A stretch of 64,000 nucleotides of DNA from Candidatus Saccharimonadota bacterium (GTDB lineage Bacteria; Patescibacteriota; Saccharimonadia; Saccharimonadales; Saccharimonadaceae). Positions within the stretch are counted from its first letter, which is position 1, and every line of letters starts with the position of its first letter. This document shows positions 1 to 9,801 of the stretch, one piece after another. The notes under the pieces are model-generated. The model was given only the letters and a program-made list of their open reading frames with translations, was not told the DNA's origin and searched no databases. The stretch is from assembly GCA_017613135.1 (NCBI GenBank), contig JAGAEN010000018.1:956-64955 (forward strand). Direction: 5' to 3'. The translations under genes and the position numbers were made by a program.

Positions 1-347
1 TGCTCCAAGAAACTGCCATTATGGAACACCCCGGTGATAGTTTTCTCCTCGTGGTTAATAATAGTCGGGACAAACATCTTGGCGGAGAAAAAGTCGGTGA
101 TAAAAAATCTATTATCACTACTGGCGCGGGCTTCGTAGATTTTGTTCCAGCAATCATAATCTGTTTCCTCGCAATAAAGGCTGATCTTCGCCATTTCGTT
201 TTCGATAACCGCAGTCATTTCTTTGGCAGAATACCAGGTGCGGCCATCTGAGGTTTTCATAATAGCCGAGGTCGGCTCGTGATTTACTAACGCAATTATA
301 GCGCCGATAATTAAAGTTGATAAAAATAGGTAGGTGAGTTTTTTCAT
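1..347 (-). CDS. Hypothetical signal-anchored protein, 3' end outside window
   Basis: ATG at 347 sits 4-9 nt after AAGGAG (rc of 351-356). The frame stays open to the window edge. N-terminus MKKLTYLFLSTLIIGAIIALV is hydrophobic. Not in the ORF track because no stop codon lies in the window. Confidence 0.55.
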   Translation of the reverse strand, partial: MKKLTYLFLSTLIIGAIIALVNHEPTSAIMKTSDGRTWYSAKEMTAVIENEMAKISLYCEETDYDCWNKIYEARASSDNRFFITDFFSAKMFVPTIINHEEKTITGVFHNGSFLE

Positions 348-447
348 ATACTCCTTTGTTAAATTTTGAAGGAGTATAGACACGAAATACTAGAATATAC
401 AACCCCCCACCAGTGGGCAGACTAGCATAAGTTTTATTAATAAAAAC

Positions 448-2919
448 TTATGCTTTGTCTTCGGATTCTTCTTCTGGCAAAACGATACCGATGGAAGCCA
501 CGCTATCGCCATCAGCAAGACGCATAATGCGGACGCCCTGGGTGGCACGACCGAGAGTTGGAATTTCCTTCATCGCTACACGGATAGCCTGACCCTTGGT
601 GGACATCATAATAACTTCTTTTGCAAGTGGGTCTAAGGTATGAACGGCTACGATAGGGCCGGTCTTTGCGGTCACGGCAGCAACTTTGATGCCAACACCA
701 CCACGCTTGTGTGGTGGGAAGTTGGAGACTAGAGTAGCTTTACCATAACCATTGGCAGAAACTGCAATGAGTTTCTGACCTGGGTCAGTAATCACATCCA
801 TACCGACGATTTCGTCTTTCGGACGGAGACGCATACCACGGACACCCATAGCGGAACGCCCCATAGCGCGAACTTCTTTTTCGTTAAATCTAGTGGCCTG
901 ACCAGCAGAGGTAGAAATTACAATGTCATTTTCGCCGGTGGTTTCTTTAACCCATTTTAGTTCATCACCTTGGTCAAGTTTAATAGCGATGAGGCCGTTA
1001 CTTCTGACATTATAAAAATCTTTGATGGCAGTTTTCTTGATGGTTCCCTTTTTGGTCGCCATAAAGAGATAGCCGTCTTCTTTGGCTTCGCCTTGCTTGA
1101 TGATGGCGGTGATTTTCTCTTCTGGGTGCATATTAAGCATATTGACCGCAGCGGTACCCTTAGCAGAGAGAGATGCTTGTGGCACTTCGTAGGCTTTCAT
1201 ACGGAAGAGGCGACCTTGGCTAGTAAAGAATAATAGATAGTCGTGCGAATTAGCGGTGAGAATCTGAGCAATTACGTCTTCTTCCTTGGTAGTCATGCCG
1301 CGTTTACCTTTGCCGCCACGATTTTGTTTTCTGAAATCAGCTTGCGGGACACGTTTCATATAATTCTCAGAGGTGAGCAAGATGACACTTTCTTCTTCAG
1401 GGATAAGTTCTTCTTCGGAAAACTTGCCAACTTCGTGGTTGATAATCTTGGAGCGGCGTGGATCGTCGTATTTTTCCTTGATGGCGATGAGCTCTTCTTT
1501 AACGACACGGAGAACTTCCTTTTCGTCCGCTAGAATAGCCTCTAATTTCTTAATTAGTTCATGGAGCTCTTTTAGTTCTTCTTCAATCTTGTCACGTTCG
1601 AGACCTTGGAGACGACGAAGTTGCATCTGAAGAATGGCGTTAGCCTGAATCTCGGATAGACCGAAGCGCTTCATGAGCTGCTGGTCGGCATCATCATAAG
1701 AGGCGCGAATAACTTTGATTACTTCATCGATATTATCAAGAGCGATTTTCAAGCCTTCCAAGATGTGGGCACGTTCTTTGGCTTTTCTTAAATCAAATTC
1801 TGTACGACGACGAATAACTTTTTGGCGGTGTTTGATAAACTCGGCTAAAATCTCTTTAAGACCGAGGATGCGTGGCTGAATGCCATCGACGAGCGCGAGC
1901 ATATTGTAATGGAATGAGGTCTGAAGAGGAGTAAGTTTATAAAGTTGATTTAAAATCTTCTTCGGGAAGGCGTCTTTTTTGAGTTCTACTACTACACGAA
2001 CCTTGCCGCGGGCGGATTCATCACGGGCATCGGCGATGTGGTCTAACTTTTTAGAAAGAACGAGGTCACGGACTTTCTCGATAAAATCTTCTTTGCTCAT
2101 GCCATAAGGGACTTCGGTAATAACGATGTTATAACGACCGTTTTTGCGCTCTTCGATATTGGCAACGGCACGAATAGTGACGGAACCTTTACCAGTGGCG
2201 TAGGCTTCTTTCATCGGGGCACCACCGTAAACTTCGGCGCCAGTCGGGAAATCGGGGCCTTTGACGTATTTCATTAAACCTTCGAGGCTAATTTCTGGAT
2301 TGTCAATCTGGGCAACAGTGGCATCAACTAACTCACCGAGATTATGTGGCGGAATATTGGTGGCCATACCAACAGCGATACCCATTTGACCATTTAGGAG
2401 AATATTCGGTACGGCAGACGGGAGAACGGATGGCTCTTTTTCGGTACCATCGAAATTATCTCTGAAGTCTACTGTTTCCTTCTCGATGTCAGCAAGGAGT
2501 TCGGCGCCAACTTTATCGAGGCGAGCTTCGGTATAACGAGAAGCGGCTGGCTCATCGCCATCCATAGAACCGAAGTTACCTTGGCCCTCAACTAGGGTGT
2601 ATCGCATTTTCCAAGGCTGAGCGAGATTGACCATCGCGTCGTAAATCGAAGAATCACCGTGTGGGTGATATTTACCCATTACTTCACCGACGATACGAGC
2701 GGATTTGACTGTGGCATGGGGAGCTTTCCAGCCGTTTTTGTTCATCGCATATAATATACGGCGGTTGACTGGCTTTAAGCCGTCGCGGACGTCTGGGAGA
2801 GCACGGTCGACAATGACGGACAAAGAGTATCGCAGGAAGTAGTCTTCCATGGTGTTTTCAACGGTGCGGAATTCGATACCGTTTTCAGTAGTGATTTCTG
2901 GTTTCTTATCATCTTCCAT
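448..2919 (-). CDS. gyrA: DNA gyrase subunit A
   Basis: 823 aa. Contains the GyrA signatures [14 protein letters not shown] and HPHGD, plus C-terminal beta-pinwheel repeats. GGAGG RBS upstream. Confidence 0.97.
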   Translation of the reverse strand: MEDDKKPEITTENGIEFRTVENTMEDYFLRYSLSVIVDRALPDVRDGLKPVNRRILYAMNKNGWKAPHATVKSARIVGEVMGKYHPHGDSSIYDAMVNLAQPWKMRYTLVEGQGNFGSMDGDEPAASRYTEARLDKVGAELLADIEKETVDFRDNFDGTEKEPSVLPSAVPNILLNGQMGIAVGMATNIPPHNLGELVDATVAQIDNPEISLEGLMKYVKGPDFPTGAEVYGGAPMKEAYATGKGSVTIRAVANIEERKNGRYNIVITEVPYGMSKEDFIEKVRDLVLSKKLDHIADARDESARGKVRVVVELKKDAFPKKILNQLYKLTPLQTSFHYNMLALVDGIQPRILGLKEILAEFIKHRQKVIRRRTEFDLRKAKERAHILEGLKIALDNIDEVIKVIRASYDDADQQLMKRFGLSEIQANAILQMQLRRLQGLERDKIEEELKELHELIKKLEAILADEKEVLRVVKEELIAIKEKYDDPRRSKIINHEVGKFSEEELIPEEESVILLTSENYMKRVPQADFRKQNRGGKGKRGMTTKEEDVIAQILTANSHDYLLFFTSQGRLFRMKAYEVPQASLSAKGTAAVNMLNMHPEEKITAIIKQGEAKEDGYLFMATKKGTIKKTAIKDFYNVRSNGLIAIKLDQGDELKWVKETTGENDIVISTSAGQATRFNEKEVRAMGRSAMGVRGMRLRPKDEIVGMDVITDPGQKLIAVSANGYGKATLVSNFPPHKRGGVGIKVAAVTAKTGPIVAVHTLDPLAKEVIMMSTKGQAIRVAMKEIPTLGRATQGVRIMRLADGDSVASIGIVLPEEESEDKA

Positions 2920-2928
2920 AATTCCTCC

Positions 2929-4908
2929 TTAAAAGTCCAAATCATCAAGATCGACGCTGCCAGCGCGAGCTTGGATAAAGTTTTTACGTAATTCGGCTTG
3001 GTCGCCCATCAATTTAGCGAAAATCGCATCGGCTTTCTCGGCGTCTTCGATGTTTACACGGATAAGAATGCGGTTTTCTGGGTTCATCGTGGTTTCCCAG
3101 AGTTGAGAAGCATCCATTTCACCAAGACCTTTGAAGCGCTGCTGAGCAGTGTAACCGGCTTGCTTGAAACGCTCGGAATCTTCGTCAATCTTAGTACCAG
3201 AGGCTTTCCGCTCTTCGATTTTCTTGGTGAGGGTTTCTTCGAGGGCTTGTTCGTCATAAATATAGTCAATCTTACGGCCATTCCCTGTACCTTTAATCAG
3301 GCCAAATAGCGGTGGCTTGGCGAGATAGACGTGGCCAGCTTTAATAATGTCTGGCATATAGCGGAAAAAGAAAGTCAGAAGCAGAGTGGAAATATGCGAG
3401 CCATCGACATCGGCATCGGTCATAAAGACGATTTTATGATATCTGAGACCCTCAATATTAAACTGATCGCCAATACCAACGCCTAGACCTTTAATCAGAG
3501 AAACTAGCTCAGCGTTGGCAAGCATTTTATCTAATCTGGCACGCTCGGTATTTAAAACTTTACCACGAAGCGGTAAGATGGCCTGAATACGAGAATCGCG
3601 GCCTTCCTTAGCAGAACCAGCAGCGGAGTTACCCTCCACGATGAAGAGTTCGCATTCTTCGGCATTTCTAGAAGAACAATCGGCGAGTTTTGATGGGAGA
3701 TTGAGACCTTCGAAGGCGCCCTTCCTGATGACATTATCACGGGCGGCGCGAGCGGCTTTTCTAGCGCGGGCCGCGAGCGTGGCTTTACCAACGATTTTTT
3801 TGGCGATGGCGGGGTTTTCTTCAAGATAGTAGCCGAAATATTCGGTCATTACTTTATCGACATAACCTCTGACTTCGGGGTTGCCAAGTTTGTTTTTGGT
3901 CTGGCCTTCAAATTGTGGGTCGGGGAGTTTTACAAGAATTACAGCAGTTAAACCTTCCTTAATATCATCGCCGGTAAGATTATCTTCTTTTTCTTTGAGT
4001 AGACCATTTTTCCTGGCGTAATCATTAATCGTACGATTAAGGCCAGTGCGGAAACCAACTACGTGCATACCGCCATCAGGAGTAAGGACATTATTGGCAA
4101 ATGGCTTCATAATTTCAGCAAAGGTATCGTTATACTGAAGGGCGATTTCTACACCGGTGTCACCAACTTGCTTTTCGACATAGAAGATATCATCTGATAA
4201 AACTTCCTTGCCATTGTTGAGGCGCTTAACATAGCTCTTGATGCCACCCTCAAAGTAGAACGATTCCCTGGCACCGGTGCGCTCATCATTTACAGTAATT
4301 AATATACCCTTGGTAAGATAGGCTTGATGGCGAGCATAACTTGAAACCCAATCGTAGTCAAAGGTGGTAGTTTCTTTGAAAATGGTAGGATCTGGATAGA
4401 AAGTAATAGAGGTACCGTGTTCTCTTGGAGAGCCTGAAGTGACTTTTAGCTCCATTGTAGGCTTACCAGTGTCAAATTCAATGTGGTGAGTCTTGCCGTC
4501 ACGATAAACTTCGGCAATCATCTTGCTAGAAAGTGCATTTACCACAGATGAACCGACGCCGTGAAGACCAGAAGAAACTTTATAGCCACCGTCGCCGAAT
4601 TTACCACCGGCGTGAAGGACGGTAAGTACCGTCTCGAGAGTGGATTTCTTAGTCTTGGGGTGAATGTCTACTGGGATACCACGACCATTGTCGTCGACCC
4701 GTACTCCACCATCATTTAATATAGTGATATCGATTTTGTTGGCATAGCCAGCAATCGCTTCATCAATAGAGTTATCGGCAATTTCTTTGATTAGGTGATG
4801 TAGCCCATCGTAACCGGTAGAACCGATATACATACCCGGCCTTAAACGCACTGGTTCAAGACCTTCAAGTACCCGAATCTCAGATGAATCATAGGCTTCT
4901 TTGGCCAT
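2929..4908 (-). CDS. gyrB: DNA gyrase subunit B
   Basis: 659 aa. GHKL ATPase motifs (LEGLEPVRLRPGMYIG, GLHHL), TOPRIM EGNSAG, and PLRGK. Confidence 0.97.
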   Translation of the reverse strand: MAKEAYDSSEIRVLEGLEPVRLRPGMYIGSTGYDGLHHLIKEIADNSIDEAIAGYANKIDITILNDGGVRVDDNGRGIPVDIHPKTKKSTLETVLTVLHAGGKFGDGGYKVSSGLHGVGSSVVNALSSKMIAEVYRDGKTHHIEFDTGKPTMELKVTSGSPREHGTSITFYPDPTIFKETTTFDYDWVSSYARHQAYLTKGILITVNDERTGARESFYFEGGIKSYVKRLNNGKEVLSDDIFYVEKQVGDTGVEIALQYNDTFAEIMKPFANNVLTPDGGMHVVGFRTGLNRTINDYARKNGLLKEKEDNLTGDDIKEGLTAVILVKLPDPQFEGQTKNKLGNPEVRGYVDKVMTEYFGYYLEENPAIAKKIVGKATLAARARKAARAARDNVIRKGAFEGLNLPSKLADCSSRNAEECELFIVEGNSAAGSAKEGRDSRIQAILPLRGKVLNTERARLDKMLANAELVSLIKGLGVGIGDQFNIEGLRYHKIVFMTDADVDGSHISTLLLTFFFRYMPDIIKAGHVYLAKPPLFGLIKGTGNGRKIDYIYDEQALEETLTKKIEERKASGTKIDEDSERFKQAGYTAQQRFKGLGEMDASQLWETTMNPENRILIRVNIEDAEKADAIFAKLMGDQAELRKNFIQARAGSVDLDDLDF

Positions 4909-4953
4909 TTTAGTACCTCTTCTTAAATATACCTATCTATTATACACCTGTAC

Positions 4954-7470
4954 TTACTTTTTTGCAAGCCAGTCATCGAGGAAGCCCTTTTCTTCTTCTT
5001 TTTTGGCTTCTTCTTCGGCCTTGGCGCGGTCGGCAGCACTCCAGCGGTCGTTGATTTCTTTTTCTACCTCAGCACGAGTTTTGGCAAACTTGGTAGCAGA
5101 ATAAAGTTTTAGAGTATTCATCAATTCGTCATTTGGCTCGCCCATTGGGGCAGGCAAATTCATTGTGAATGGATTAGATGGCATACCAAACATCATCACC
5201 TTGGCGATGGCAGCGTGGTTTGGTGTCTTGGTAAGGTCTTCGGCGGTGAAGGTAGGCGTGAAGGCTTTAACCATTAAATCAGCATCGGTGACACCAACAC
5301 GACCACAAATAATAGTGCCGACGTTGCCGAGAAGCGCTTCCCTGATTTTGTCAGTAAGCTGGGTCATAAACTGGTTCGCGACGATGAGATTTAAGCGATA
5401 TTTGCGAGCCTCTGAGAGAATCGACTCGAATGATTCAGTAGCGAAGTTCTGGAACTCATCCACGTAAAGACAAAAGTCTTGACGCTGGTCCTCTGGGATA
5501 TCTTGGCGGCTCATGGCGGCTTGCTGGAATTTCATTACAAAAATCATACCAAGAAGGTTGGCGTTAATGTCGCCGAGACGGCCTTTTGATAGATTCACCA
5601 AGAATATTTTCTTGTTGTCCATTATCTCGCGAATGTTAAAGCCGGATTTGACCTGACCCAAGGTGTTACGCATAATAGTATTAGAGAGGAATGGGCCCCA
5701 TTTAGAGGCAAACCAGGTAATAACTTCACCGGCATCGTTAGATTTTTGAGAGGCTGGGAACTCTTTGGTCCAATAATCATAAACGGCTTTGTCGGTGACG
5801 TATTTTAGTTTTGATTTGACGAACTCTGGGTCAGTGAAGCACTGTGGAATGTCAATAAAGGTGGCGCCGGCAGGGTCGGACATTAGAAGAAGTGCGGCAT
5901 TTCTAAACATATGCTGGCCACGGGGGCCAAAGAAACCTTGATTATTGGGGTCAAAGAGAGATTGTAGCATACTGATGCCCTCTTGGACGATGAAATCTTT
6001 TTGATCTTCGGAATTATATTCAAACATATTCATACCGACCGGATGCTCGATGTCGGCGGGGTCGAAATAGATGACGTCATCGATACGCTCTTCTGGAACA
6101 CGCTTTAACAAAGCCTCGACCGCATCGCCGTGAGGATCGATAAAGGCGAACCCACGACCATCACACATATCTTGGAAGGCAATGTTTTCAAGGAAGACAG
6201 ATTTACCCATACCGGTTTGACCTATCACGTACATATGGCGACGACGGTCGTCGTCATCAAGGTAGATAGCCTTTTTCTCACCCCTAAATTCATTAGTGCC
6301 GAGGAAAACACCTTCGGTGACAAGTCGGGCTGGACCATCGACTTGCTTGATTAATTGTCGCTCGACTTGGGAGTTTGGAATGGCATTTTGCTCTGGTAGA
6401 TGGAAAATTGAGGCTAATTCGACGCTATTTAGGATGTTCGAGCTAGTTTTTAAGGGGAAAAATCGGAAGGTGTAATCTACGGTGAGTTTTTTGGGGTCTT
6501 TAAAAGTATTAACCTTGAAACCATTATATTCTGGCGAGTTAAACTGAGAGAAGGCTGAGATAATACCGCCGACGATGGCTTCTGAGCGGGGCTTGGTATC
6601 GGAACTCGCAATGATTCTGATTAAAGTTTCAAAGCCTGGGTAGCGCATTTTGTTGGCAATAGCTTGGATTTCCTCTTGTTTGAGGTTAGAAATGACAGTA
6701 GTTTCTTCAGATTTTTCGTGTTCTTTGGGAACTTCCCAGGGAGCTCGCACCACATCCATTACCAATTCGCCAATCGTAGCACCGCCAGTTTTGACTTTTT
6801 TGCCTTTTTGGACGTTTTCGATGTACTGTTTGCCGGTCGAGAACCAATTTTTTTGTGCAGGGCGGAACAATATTTGTACGGTGGCACCTTCATTTTTACC
6901 CACACTAGATAACGCGTTTAGTATGGCCATTGAGGCATCGCGCTTAGTGTCTTCGTAAGTAGCAATCGGGAGATAGTATTCTTTGTTTAGAGTGAGTTCG
7001 GCGCCGGAGACATTATCGACTCTGCCATCAGGGGCGAAAATGTTTTCTTCTCTTTTTTCTTCTATTCTGGCAGTGGGGTAGGCGGACTGGATGGATTGCT
7101 TTACTATCTCTGTGAGAACGGCAGGAACGATAGCGTAATATCTGATGATACCGTCTTTTGCGATTATTTCAAAAGAGAAATGACGTTGGCCATAAAGTCT
7201 GGTTTTAAAACCTTTTGTAATAGTAGAAGCTAAGATTGAATACATCACTTGAGCTTTGGAGATGGCTTCATTGGCAATATCACGCTTATCGCGACCATTG
7301 TTCTCGATGTCGTCAGTGGTGGGCGGGAGATGGATAAGGAGTGGAACCATCTTGAGACCACGCTCGTATTTTTTGGCTTTTCTAAGTTTAGAAATTCTAG
7401 AAGCAAAAATAATGGATAGGAGAATGAGGACTGAGACTACCGCGATAATAGCGACCACCCAAGGTTCCAT
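4954..7470 (-). CDS. Membrane-anchored type IV coupling protein-like (VirD4/TraD/DUF87-type) P-loop ATPase
   Basis: N-terminal TM helix. Walker A is GQTGMGKS and Walker B-like is LYVDEFQNF. Architecture is typical of T4CP-like ATPases. Confidence 0.7.
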   Translation of the reverse strand: MEPWVVAIIAVVSVLILLSIIFASRISKLRKAKKYERGLKMVPLLIHLPPTTDDIENNGRDKRDIANEAISKAQVMYSILASTITKGFKTRLYGQRHFSFEIIAKDGIIRYYAIVPAVLTEIVKQSIQSAYPTARIEEKREENIFAPDGRVDNVSGAELTLNKEYYLPIATYEDTKRDASMAILNALSSVGKNEGATVQILFRPAQKNWFSTGKQYIENVQKGKKVKTGGATIGELVMDVVRAPWEVPKEHEKSEETTVISNLKQEEIQAIANKMRYPGFETLIRIIASSDTKPRSEAIVGGIISAFSQFNSPEYNGFKVNTFKDPKKLTVDYTFRFFPLKTSSNILNSVELASIFHLPEQNAIPNSQVERQLIKQVDGPARLVTEGVFLGTNEFRGEKKAIYLDDDDRRRHMYVIGQTGMGKSVFLENIAFQDMCDGRGFAFIDPHGDAVEALLKRVPEERIDDVIYFDPADIEHPVGMNMFEYNSEDQKDFIVQEGISMLQSLFDPNNQGFFGPRGQHMFRNAALLLMSDPAGATFIDIPQCFTDPEFVKSKLKYVTDKAVYDYWTKEFPASQKSNDAGEVITWFASKWGPFLSNTIMRNTLGQVKSGFNIREIMDNKKIFLVNLSKGRLGDINANLLGMIFVMKFQQAAMSRQDIPEDQRQDFCLYVDEFQNFATESFESILSEARKYRLNLIVANQFMTQLTDKIREALLGNVGTIICGRVGVTDADLMVKAFTPTFTAEDLTKTPNHAAIAKVMMFGMPSNPFTMNLPAPMGEPNDELMNTLKLYSATKFAKTRAEVEKEINDRWSAADRAKAEEEAKKEEEKGFLDDWLAKK

Positions 7471-7982
7471 TAGGCGACCTCTCTGTTATAAGAGTTCTTA
7501 AGATTAGCGCGAACCATACCAGGGTGTTCATCGTCACCTCTCACGGTAGCATAAAAATTAGCGGTGCTGCCGGTTTGGTTGAATTCGGAAATAACACTAC
7601 TAACTTCTGAAATAGCAGATTTATTGATGCGATCACCATCAGTACGAATAAGGCTAGCGTCATAAGAGATTTTTTCGATGATGTTTTCTGAAGCTGGTGA
7701 AGTAACCATATCTTGTGGGACCACAGATTCGATCATTTCTCCAAGCGGTTGGCTCTCGGCTCTAGATTCTGCAATATTTTCAGATGAAGAGATCGCTCTA
7801 TTGCCAATAGCACGAATGTTTTCGCTTGAGGCTTTGTCAACATTCCAAGGGGTTTGGTCGTTGGTAAGATCCAGATTATTCTCTTCCTCGTAAGTATTTT
7901 GATTAGCAGGAATATTCCCAACCCCGGGAGTAAAAAAGCTACTTGGTTCGTTTGCTAATTGACCTTTCTGACTATAATCCAT
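7470..7982 (-). CDS. Hypothetical acidic soluble protein, translationally coupled to the T4CP-like gene
   Basis: 170-aa ORF. Its stop overlaps the downstream ATG (TAATG). Carries a repeated SENI motif. No recognisable family. Confidence 0.45.
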   Translation of the reverse strand: MDYSQKGQLANEPSSFFTPGVGNIPANQNTYEEENNLDLTNDQTPWNVDKASSENIRAIGNRAISSSENIAESRAESQPLGEMIESVVPQDMVTSPASENIIEKISYDASLIRTDGDRINKSAISEVSSVISEFNQTGSTANFYATVRGDDEHPGMVRANLKNSYNREVA

Positions 7983-8000
7983 ATGCTTATTTTATCACAA

Positions 8001-8354
8001 TTAAATACGTTTTGCTACTAAAAATTCAGCTAAAAATAGAAAAGAGGCAATAAGGCCGATGGTCCAGATATTGACAACGCCAAATGACCTTGCCATTAGA
8101 AGCATAATTGGGCCAAAAGACATCACAGCAGCGTAAAGATAGTCTTTGTTTCTGAAGGTGGTTCTTTTAAGAGCAACTTTGTAGTAAGCCTGCATGATGG
8201 CGGAAATAATGCCAAAAATCGATATGTATAATGTTGTAAAAAATAATAAAACACCGAAGGGCCCAATTTCCGTCGGTGATGTGAGATTAAGCATAAGAAT
8301 TAAGGCTGCGAGTCCGATAATGCTTATGTAAGATATGATGCGATTCTTCTTCAT
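8001..8354 (-). CDS. Small multi-pass membrane protein
   Basis: Start moved to MKKNRIISY (ATG at 8354), 6 nt downstream of TGTTATAAT (8361-8369). Three to four hydrophobic helices. Confidence 0.55.
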   Translation of the reverse strand: MKKNRIISYISIIGLAALILMLNLTSPTEIGPFGVLLFFTTLYISIFGIISAIMQAYYKVALKRTTFRNKDYLYAAVMSFGPIMLLMARSFGVVNIWTIGLIASFLFLAEFLVAKRI

Positions 8355-8360
8355 ACCTTG

Positions 8361-8369
8361 ATTATAACA
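8361..8369 (-). promoter_or_regulatory. Extended -10 promoter TGTTATAAT, 6 nt from ATG (leaderless)
   Basis: The rc of 8361-8369 reads TGTTATAAT. Six nt (caaggt) follow, then ATG at 8354. Confidence 0.5.
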
Positions 8370-9070
8370 TAACTGGTTTAATCCCCCAAGTATTTTTGGA
8401 GGGAAGCGGGGGTTATCTGGCGCTATAATCACAACTATTGGCCACAACCTGGTCCGCTTTTCCCTTCTTTTGACCGCTTCACGCGAGGTGAAGCATTGAT
8501 CCTTGCTAGTTTTTTTCTTTCATTCTGGTTTATGCTATTTAGGAATGTACTAATGAAAGATTTACTAACGCGCTCTTAACGCTTTTCTAGCTTTCCTAAC
8601 GGAGTTAGTTTAGCTATTTTACTAGTTTTCACTAGCTTTGGCGGAGCTCTAGGTAATTCCTATTTGTAATTTATGGCTAGAAATTACCTTTTCGCCCGCC
8701 AAATTCTATGGTTTCTTTTGTTTTTTCATATTTTTAAGGTTTATTTTTAGTTTTTATTTTAGTCATCTCGACTGATTCCATATTAGCATAGACTTCTTAA
8801 AAATGCAAGAGGGTTGTTCAAATATTTTATTGTATTTTTTACAATGTGCTTCCCTGTTTCTCTCTGTTCTATTTTTTTGTTCGTTTTGTTGTGATTTTTA
8901 CAACGGTTGGCAGGGTTTTGTTGCCGTGGTCGACTATTTTGCTTCGCAAAAAGTCGTCCATAGTCAGGCGTTTTAAATAAAGGATGATAAAAACAGCAAT
9001 GCTGTTTTAGTTTAGGCTGGGCCTCTCCCAGAATAAATATATTTATTCTGGTCGAGCCTAGGCCTAAACT

Positions 9071-9098
9071 AAAAATAAGCCTAACGGCTTATTTTTTA
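9071..9098. terminator. Bidirectional rho-independent terminator just 3' of tmRNA
   Basis: Stem aataagcc, loop taac, stem ggcttatt, flanked by A-run and T-run. Confidence 0.6.
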
Positions 9099-9128
9099 TC
9101 ATCTTTTATTTCCCTAAATCTTCTTCAA

Positions 9129-9483
9129 TGGTGGAGCTGCCGGATACTGCCTCCGGGTCCGAGTCATCACGTGAGCATAATTCTACATACATAGTTTCCT
9201 GTTTTGGTTTTGGCGTGTGCTACTAGCTGCAAGAAACGAAACTGGTAACTGCCGTGGCTAAATTTTCGTGCCGCTTTTCGCCGCTAAAACGGCCTTAATC
9301 CCGTTGTATGATAATTCGTGCGCTACGGAATCTCACGCGTGAACCAGCCTAGAATAAATTAGGCATAGGCTGGCATGTACATGACATGCGCAGTTTTTGT
9401 GTTTTTAGCACTTATTAATACTTACGGTATTTAATCGGTATGCCTTATGCTTGTTAATGATCCGTCTAAGCTTTGTCAGCCCC
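9129..9483 (-). ncRNA. ssrA: tmRNA (SsrA)
   Basis: The minus strand starts GGGGCTGACAAAGC and ends GCAGCTCCACCA. The acceptor stem GGGGCTG/CAGCTCC has the G3:U70 alanine identity pair. Internal reading frame is GCT AAA AAC ACA AAA ACT GCG CAT GTC ATG TAC ATG CCA GCC TAT GCC TAA (9409 to 9359). TGATATAAT promoter at 9494-9502. Confidence 0.85.
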
Positions 9484-9493
9484 AACTTTCTTA

Positions 9494-9502
9494 ATTATAT
9501 CA
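9494..9502 (-). promoter_or_regulatory. Extended -10 promoter (TGATATAAT) for tmRNA
   Basis: The rc reads TGATATAAT, about 10 nt upstream of the mature tmRNA 5' end. Confidence 0.5.
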
Positions 9503-9801
9503 TATTTTTAACGAAAGAAGAAGACCGGTAACTGCGAGGAAAACCGGTCTTCAAGTAGAGTGTGGAGTTATTTTGGCTAAATTTTTGTTTTTACCTTCTG
9601 AATAATTTTTTTATTCAGAAGCTACCTCTATAATACCGCGAAAAAATGCTAATGTCAATAGATTTTTTGAACAATTTTTGTATTTTTTTGATGAGTTTTC
9701 CACAAGCAGGTTCTAACTATTTGTGGTTATATTCTTAGCACTAGCATCATGAAAGTGGGTGGGGGGTTGTAATACTTTTCTGACTATGCTATCGAAGCTT
9801 C

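Noticed and set aside
154-402. 82-aa minus-strand ORF from the track, and the 21-251 plus-strand ORF
   Set aside because: A different minus-strand frame, starting at ATG 347 with an AAGGAG RBS and a signal-anchor sequence, is open to the window edge and looks like the real gene. The listed ORFs have implausible composition and no RBS.
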